Shown here: positions 37,674 through 42,746 of the stretch, in pieces
How positions within the stretch are numbered: the stretch's first letter is position 1
Layout of the letters: each line of letters starts with the position of its first letter
Virus record (IMG/VR): IMGVR_UViG_3300033407_000044
Coordinates: 1 to 42,746 of that record
Length of the DNA stretch: 42,746 bases
From: a virus
Taxonomy: Duplodnaviria; Caudoviricetes
Reading direction: 5' to 3' (one strand)
Notes under the pieces: generated by a model
What the model was told of the DNA's origin: nothing
Databases searched by the model: none
Seen by the model: the letters and a program-made list of their open reading frames with translations, nothing else
Program-made: the position numbers and the translations under genes

Positions 37674-38467
37674 TACGATTTCGCCTCATTCATCCAAGCG
37701 ATAAAAGCTTCGATCATAGCCTTAGCAACTTTGTTTTTGTTATCATCAAAAGCTTTTGAATCGTCGGGATTAGACCCAAAAAATGGTTCAGTAAGTATCG
37801 ACGGCGTTTTTATTGTTTGCATTAGATTATAATAACCGCGCTCGCCTTTTTTCGCGATCGTCTTGAGCCCTTGCACTCGTTTGCCGTTCACGGTTGCTGA
37901 ATGGCGCATGGGCAGCCCGGTTATATCAGCCATAGCTTTAGATATCATAGACGCAAAAACAATTTCGTTTAAGCCTTTTTCATCAAAGTGGTTACAATAC
38001 AAAACTTCGGTACCTGTTGCTTTTGGGCTTTTGAAGCTATTGAAATGTAATTCGATGAAAGCATCGGGCTTGTGTTTTTTAAGTCGTAAGTAAGCGCCTT
38101 TAATACCGCCGTCATTTCTTTTTTCAACAACGACTTTCACGCCTAAGCTGTTGCCGTATTTAACTAGGATATCGGCGAACTCGCTCCAATAGTCATATTC
38201 CCTAACGCCATTTAAATAATCACTATGAGCTCCTCGGCTATTTTTAGTATGACCGACAACAACACCTAAAGTGCAGTCGCCTATTGGTTTTAATTTTGTT
38301 TTTGGCTTTGTTGCGTTCGATATAATTTCATCGCCAAGAGCGACACTTAAATGCTCGATGAGCTCCCTAGCGGCTTTCATTGCAATTTTATCGTCAGTCT
38401 TTTGCGCTCTTAGTAGTAGCTGTTTTGCGTACCAGCGAAAAGTATATAGACTACTTCTTTTAATCAT
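37673..38467 (-). CDS. N-acetylmuramoyl-L-alanine amidase (Amidase_3), probable endolysin
   Basis: VGH...E, FIELHFNS, GTEV, SILTEPFF Zn-amidase motifs; extra ~60-aa helical N-terminus. Confidence 0.9.
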   Translation of the reverse strand: MIKRSSLYTFRWYAKQLLLRAQKTDDKIAMKAARELIEHLSVALGDEIISNATKPKTKLKPIGDCTLGVVVGHTKNSRGAHSDYLNGVREYDYWSEFADILVKYGNSLGVKVVVEKRNDGGIKGAYLRLKKHKPDAFIELHFNSFKSPKATGTEVLYCNHFDEKGLNEIVFASMISKAMADITGLPMRHSATVNGKRVQGLKTIAKKGERGYYNLMQTIKTPSILTEPFFGSNPDDSKAFDDNKNKVAKAMIEAFIAWMNEAKS

Positions 38468-38742
38468 TGTTTTTGCTCCTTTGTTTGTTTTGGATATAAA
38501 AATTTATCAAGCTCCATGTGTAATTTAAAAAATTCACTAGCGTCTAACTGATCAACCTCTTGCTTTGTTAAGCTTGACAACCTAGCTATAAGGACGGCAA
38601 GGGACTCCATATGCTGAGGGCCATTAAAAATCAGTCCATATAAATCTATGGCTATCGGTCGACGAAATTTAACTAAAACAGACTCGCATTCAAAGCTGTC
38701 CTGTTTTACCATTTTTACTTTAATGGCTATTGATGAACTCAT
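38464..38742 (-). CDS. Second tail assembly chaperone-like protein
   Basis: FRRP.A.DL, LIARLS.L....VDQLDA.EF..L....KFL aligns by eye with 10220..10549. Confidence 0.7.
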   Translation of the reverse strand: MSSSIAIKVKMVKQDSFECESVLVKFRRPIAIDLYGLIFNGPQHMESLAVLIARLSSLTKQEVDQLDASEFFKLHMELDKFLYPKQTKEQKQ

Positions 38743-38761
38743 ATATAAATATCGCTATCTT

Positions 38762-39232
38762 TTAGCCGAATGATTGTTTTGCATAGTAAGCAAGCAACGC
38801 CGCTTCGGCTCTGCCATCGTCTTTTGCTCGGTTAAAATACGTTTTGTAATACGGGAAAATCTTTTTTGCAAGCATTAAACTCTCAGACTTTTTACGAGAA
38901 AGCCCAAGGGCGCTTTTCCATACAGTGGGCCTTACTCTTAAAACTTTAATATCATTTGATTTTAGTATCCCGAGCAATATGCCCGCATTGTACCCAAAAC
39001 GAAAAGTCGAAGCGACGCCTTGGCCGGGCATTGAATGGACGTCCTCAATCGCAGCAAAATTAAAATTTTTAGAATTTATTTTGGCGGTTTTAATCAACTC
39101 ATTTATTTTGTCGCAGTCAACTTGTTTTCTATTATTGATTTTTACTAAAGGCATGTCGTTGACTATTAGTTTATTGTTGTTATGGAGAAACGCGATTGCG
39201 CCAGAAAAGCCGGGGTCGATTCCAATGATCAA
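38762..39232 (-). CDS. ruvC: RuvC-like Holliday junction resolvase
   Basis: IGIDPG.SGAIA, IEDV, F.FG...G, P..WK, DGRAEA.L.A. Confidence 0.92.
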   Translation of the reverse strand: MIIGIDPGFSGAIAFLHNNNKLIVNDMPLVKINNRKQVDCDKINELIKTAKINSKNFNFAAIEDVHSMPGQGVASTFRFGYNAGILLGILKSNDIKVLRVRPTVWKSALGLSRKKSESLMLAKKIFPYYKTYFNRAKDDGRAEAALLAYYAKQSFG

Positions 39233-39299
39233 AATTTAATCTCCTCTTTTTTATTACGCCATTTAAGAAAACTAGCAGAAAAAGGCCAAAAACAGGCAA

Positions 39300-39630
39300 A
39301 AAACAGGCGTCCAACTGGCGTCCAACCGCCAAAACGCCAGTTGGCCAGGTTAAAACCTTACAAGCTGTTGTTTTTATTAAGAAAGTCGAAAAGTGGCCAC
39401 GTTGGCCACCCAAAACGGGGGTTTTCAGTTGGGGAGAATATATTTGCAGTACGTATATCTGCTTACTTCATATTTTTATTCACAACTGGTAGTATTTGCC
39501 TGGACACCCTGGACACTTATTTATAATATTATATAAATATATATAATTATTAAAGAATTACTAGTAAACAAATGGACACCGAGGCGTGTCATCCAGTTGG
39601 ACGCCAGTTGGCCACCCTGGACACCTCAGC
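39300..39630. other. Probable replication origin
   Basis: About ten TGG(A/C)C(A/G)C heptamers in both orientations, a 16-bp inverted repeat and an AT-rich core, between divergent arms. Confidence 0.65.
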
Positions 39631-39770
39631 GATAATTATTCGCCCGTTGGCGTATTTTTCGTAAATTTGTTGTTGAGCTGACTTGTTTTTAGAAAATTTG
39701 TTGTAGATTGGCATATTTTTCAAAAATTAAGTATGTTGTTTTTAAATATTAACGGGCAAAGGGGCAAAAA

Positions 39771-40043
39771 ATGTTTTTTAATAAAAAGAAAAAAGAAACT
39801 GATACTGTTTTACAAAAAGACGCGCGAATACTTAGAGAGGCGTTAGCGGGTTTATATAGAAAAGTACCCGCTGTTACTCAAAAACAAATTCACCTAGCGC
39901 TATTAAGATATGCGGGCCAAGTAAAAGAATATTGTAGGTGCCCTGAGCGTTCTTTTGTTGATAGCCAAGGCGGGTTTGTTTGCCTTGATTGCGGCCAAGT
40001 ACATAAAAAAGCAAAAGGCGTCGAGCCTAAATTGGTTAAGTAA
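39771..40043 (+). CDS. Hypothetical protein with zinc finger
   Basis: CRC...CLDCG..H. Confidence 0.65.
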   Translation: MFFNKKKKETDTVLQKDARILREALAGLYRKVPAVTQKQIHLALLRYAGQVKEYCRCPERSFVDSQGGFVCLDCGQVHKKAKGVEPKLVK

Positions 40044-40069
40044 TGAATAAGAAATCAGGGCAATAAAAA

Positions 40070-40351
40070 ATGCAAACTGTTACTAATAATAGGGCGATAA
40101 TTAATGATAGATATTCGACTATGACAGTTAACCAGCTTAAAATGTTTTTTCAAAATATTCCGTTACGAGACATAGGCGGGCAAGAGCTAAGAGCGTTTTT
40201 CCAGTATGAGGCCGATGAGCTCGGCATACCTAAAGGTAAACTAAAAAAATTAGTTAATGACGGCTTTCTTGAAAGTAAATATTTTAATCCAAGTAAAGAG
40301 TCAGGTTTGAACGGTGGCAGCCGTAAAATTTATATTGTTGCTTTACGATAG
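40070..40351 (+). CDS. Possible winged-helix DNA-binding protein
   Basis: ADELGIP...LKKLV.DGFL...RKIY pattern. Confidence 0.55.
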   Translation: MQTVTNNRAIINDRYSTMTVNQLKMFFQNIPLRDIGGQELRAFFQYEADELGIPKGKLKKLVNDGFLESKYFNPSKESGLNGGSRKIYIVALR

Positions 40352-40358
40352 CAAAAGG

Positions 40359-40420
40359 CGAGCCTACTTTCCTGTTAAGGAAAACTTACCTCCTTGTAAG
40401 CTAGTTGCCTAATAGGCTCA
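40359..40420 (-). ncRNA. Candidate four-way-junction structured RNA
   Basis: Closing stem GAGCCUA/UAGGCUC encloses three hairpins with loops GCAA, AAGGAG and UAAC. Confidence 0.55.
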
Positions 40421-40445
40421 TTGTGAAATTTATATGCAAGGGCGC

Positions 40446-40599
40446 ATTGTTTATTGTTTATTGTTTATTGTTTATTGTTTGTTGTTTATTGTTTATTGTT
40501 TATTGTTTATTGTTTATTGTTTATTGTTTATTGTTTATTGTTTATTGTTTATTGTTTATTGTTTATTGTTTATTGTTTATTGTTTATTGTTTATTGTTT
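40446..40599. repeat. Heptamer array (ATTGTTT)x22
   Basis: 22 units, one variant GTTGTTT at 40481. Confidence 0.97.
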
Positions 40600-40839
40600 T
40601 AAAAAGCTTTTAAAGTGATGCTTTTTTAGTATTTTATTGGCTCGACGGTTAGCCGCGCGTCTAACCGCATTTATTATTGATAGCCCAAAATTCAATCGCC
40701 ACTCCTCTTGTATGATATCGCCAAAATGCCGAATAGTTCTTTTGGCGTCAGTTATATTTATTTCTCGGCCCTCAGACTTTTCGCGGTGGCATATCTCAGC
40801 AGCTAATTTATTTAAATAGCTAAATTTATGATTTTGCAT
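40591..40839 (-). CDS. HU/IHF-like helical protein lacking beta arms
   Basis: LNKLAAEI....I...DAKRTI..F.DII.E resembles HU helices 1-2; basic C-terminal helix. Confidence 0.5.
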   Translation of the reverse strand: MQNHKFSYLNKLAAEICHREKSEGREINITDAKRTIRHFGDIIQEEWRLNFGLSIINAVRRAANRRANKILKKHHFKSFLKQ

Positions 40840-40893
40840 AAAAGGCCCTTTCCGTTATATTTAAATCATAACTGAGGAGAGGAGTTATTAGAA

Positions 40894-41265
40894 ATGAATA
40901 TTCTTGTAATCGATGACTGTAAGTATCACATTGAGGCACTGGGCGGGATTCTATTAAGAAGAGGGCATGCTGTGCTGGCGGCGCGTGACGGTGAACACGG
41001 GCTCGATGTATTGGAGCGAAATGCTGAGTCTATAAATTTTATAATAACTGATTCACAAATGCCTAAAATGGACGGTTATACTTTTTCACGAAAAGCAAAA
41101 TTGAATTTTCCTAATATTCCAATTGTTATGCATACGGCGAGCATCTTAGTGACAAAAAATGATGACTTGATTGCTGTTGTTGATAAAGGCGAGTATGAGC
41201 AATTGATTAAATTGATAAATGACTATGATAATGACTGGCCTATTGATCGGAGTTGTGATGCGTAA
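40894..41265 (+). CDS. Single-domain response regulator (CheY-like receiver)
   Basis: ILVIDD, IITDSQMPKMDG (phospho-Asp), IPIVMHT, K; strong SD. Confidence 0.92.
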   Translation: MNILVIDDCKYHIEALGGILLRRGHAVLAARDGEHGLDVLERNAESINFIITDSQMPKMDGYTFSRKAKLNFPNIPIVMHTASILVTKNDDLIAVVDKGEYEQLIKLINDYDNDWPIDRSCDA

Positions 41266-41392
41266 AAATAAAAAAGTAATATTTAAGCCAAGAGTTGAGT
41301 TTTCAATGAAAAACGAAATGCTTGTTTTATCTTTTTTCTCAATGTTGTTTATGGCGCTCGTGCTCTTATTCATTTTTGTAATAAGCTTTTGA
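41258..41392 (+). CDS. 44-aa single-pass membrane peptide
   Basis: MRKNKKVIFKPRVEFSMKNEMLVLSFFSMLFMALVLLFIFVISF*; overlaps the receiver stop; below the track cutoff. Confidence 0.6.
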   Translation: MRKNKKVIFKPRVEFSMKNEMLVLSFFSMLFMALVLLFIFVISF

Positions 41393-41454
41393 TTTGCTCG
41401 TTTTTGTAATAAGTTTATAATTCGCCATACCTTTGCTCGGTTAGGCGATATCTT

Positions 41455-41501
41455 GGGGCAACTTGCTTTTATTCACGATTTTAGCGAGTTGCTCCTTTTT
41501 T
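41455..41501 (+). terminator. Intrinsic terminator
   Basis: GGGGCAACTTGCT / AGCGAGTTGCTCC stem, then T6. Confidence 0.75.
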
Positions 41502-41531
41502 ATTTTACGTGTATTGCGTTAAACTATCTAA

Positions 41532-41762
41532 ATGACAGGCCCCAACGGCATTATCGCGAAAGTCAGTACATTATCGGATGAGGAGAAAGAGATTAGCGTG
41601 CTTTTTCTTGACCCGTTATTAGTTAATGAGCCAGTATGGGATATTATAGGCCGTGTTGCTATAATTAACATGACAAAACAAAAATGCAGCTACGAGCAAG
41701 CAATTGTCATGGCGTATATTGAAATTTACAATGCGGCAAAAGACAATATAACTGTGCAATGA
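41532..41762 (+). CDS. Hypothetical protein
   Basis: ATG 6 nt after TAAACT; no SD. Confidence 0.55.
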   Translation: MTGPNGIIAKVSTLSDEEKEISVLFLDPLLVNEPVWDIIGRVAIINMTKQKCSYEQAIVMAYIEIYNAAKDNITVQ

Positions 41763-41772
41763 GGGAGCAGGC

Positions 41773-41955
41773 ATGGGATATTTAGTTATTGGTAGACGAA
41801 TAAACGAGCGAATTTTGCTAACTAACGGCGCTGATAAGATTGAAATATTAATTTCAGATATTCGAAACGAAAGCGGGCAGCTAATTGCTGACGTAGCCAC
41901 TAAAGCTCCTAAAAAATACAATATTAAGAAAATAAAAAAGCATATCGAGGAGTAG
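41773..41955 (+). CDS. csrA: CsrA/RsmA-like translational regulator
   Basis: LVIGRRINERI.L...IEI.I....V...APK.Y.I matches the CsrA beta pattern; 60 aa. Confidence 0.78.
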   Translation: MGYLVIGRRINERILLTNGADKIEILISDIRNESGQLIADVATKAPKKYNIKKIKKHIEE

Positions 41956-41960
41956 AAAAA

Positions 41961-42572
41961 GTGACTATTAAAATCGAGCTATCTTTAGAAAAAGACATTA
42001 AAAATTTAGACGAGTTTTTTAGCGACGTTAAGTTTAAGGCGATAACACTTGCGACTAGGCAAGCGCTGAATAGGACGGCCCGAGACGTAAAAGTTAGCGC
42101 TGTAAAAGAGTTAAGAAAACGCCAAAAGCTAAAATTAAAAGAAGTAAATCAACGAGTAAAACAGCAAAAGGCTAGGGGCTCAAATATCGCGACTTTAGAG
42201 TCGAGTATTGAGTTTAGTGGCATACCATTGCCTTTAATTCTTTTTATTGTTGGGCGTAAAGAGCCTATAAAGCATACACGTCCTAATCGAAGTCGTAAGT
42301 CTCGTAAATTCGAATTGCGTAAGGGCAATAAGAAAAGCAAGCCGGGGTTATTTGTTGAAAAGGCTAAGAGAGGGCGATTGCGATATCAAGTATTCAGGAG
42401 GCGTGGCCCGAATGATAAGAGCAAAGGTTTTGTAAAGCAGAGTGCGCCTAGTATCGCGCATTTTTTGCAGTCTAAGAGAAATATATTAACTAAGATAGAA
42501 AACAACGGTATTGCGATCATGCAACAAGAGTTTGATCGTGCTATTAAATTGCAATTGGATAAGTTGAAATAG
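41961..42572 (+). CDS. Minor tail protein Z-like (neck/tail completion)
   Basis: A..QALNRTA, VF.R.G, APSI, F.R.I pattern of the lambda gpZ family; very basic. Confidence 0.72.
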   Translation: MTIKIELSLEKDIKNLDEFFSDVKFKAITLATRQALNRTARDVKVSAVKELRKRQKLKLKEVNQRVKQQKARGSNIATLESSIEFSGIPLPLILFIVGRKEPIKHTRPNRSRKSRKFELRKGNKKSKPGLFVEKAKRGRLRYQVFRRRGPNDKSKGFVKQSAPSIAHFLQSKRNILTKIENNGIAIMQQEFDRAIKLQLDKLK

Positions 42573-42706
42573 AAAAAGAATAACGTTTGGCGTTTGGAGG
42601 GAGCCTGTTAAATGTTTTTACAGCACACGTATCACAATAGAATCGATCGTATTACTAACGTAAACCGTAAACGATTGTATTACGCTTATAACCCATTGAT
42701 ATGTCT

Positions 42707-42717
42707 AGGTTCTTCCC
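42707..42717 (+). promoter_or_regulatory. cosQ-like element
   Basis: AGGTTCTTCCC about 21 nt before the terminal 12-mer; resembles lambda cosQ GGGTCCT. Confidence 0.6.
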
Positions 42718-42734
42718 TTGCCTCTTGCACTGCA

Positions 42735-42746
42735 GGTAGCGCAGAG
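42735..42746. repeat. Right copy of 12-nt terminal repeat (cosN)
   Basis: Identical to 1-12. Confidence 0.85.

Noticed and set aside
39182-39526. 114-aa and 77-aa ORFs over the origin region
   Set aside because: They overlap ruvC and the repeats, have no SD and no protein-like features.
40359-40420. tRNA gene
   Set aside because: The cloverleaf is only about 60 nt and lacks the T-loop, D-loop and 7-nt anticodon loop.
40405-40602. 65-aa hydrophobic ORF (LLFIVYC)n
   Set aside because: It is the translation of the heptamer array; TTG start without an SD.
1-42746. Host assignment and temperate lifestyle
   Set aside because: Lipoproteins and CsrA suggest a diderm host, but no taxon can be supported without searches. 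No integrase, repressor or partition genes were recognised.

Overview
The window looks like one complete, linear ~42.7 kb tailed phage genome (myovirus) bounded by an identical 12-nt sequence (GGTAGCGCAGAG) in a lambda-like cos context. The + strand late arm (1-25.7 kb) has a lambda-type terminase, gpW and portal, a protease-scaffold-capsid fusion, and a Mu/P2-like contractile tail including a -1 frameshifted tail chaperone. A cluster of signal-peptide or lipoprotein, Cys-paired proteins then occupies the tail fibre/lysis position. The - strand arm (25.7-39.2 kb) is an APSE-type replication module (Prim-Pol/helicase, family A polymerase, DUF2815 SSB, DUF2800 nuclease, SNF2 helicase, RuvC). It also holds an out-of-place amidase and a second, orphan tail-chaperone paralogue. 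A likely origin lies at 39.3-39.6 kb. The right end carries host-regulator look-alikes (CsrA-like, single-domain receiver, HU-like) next to a four-way-junction RNA with an AAGGAG loop. No integrase or repressor was recognised. The most notable observations are: (1) an apparently exported, disulfide-bonded tail fibre module; (2) a CsrA-like protein with a candidate cognate structured RNA and leaderless promoters; (3) four microhomology-bounded tandem amplifications, one of which frameshifts a gene; (4) a P-x-x-D-F-x-[PA]-V-E motif shared by three replication proteins; (5) an ORF that exists only across the sealed cos junction. All family calls come from motif recognition by eye; no searches were run.
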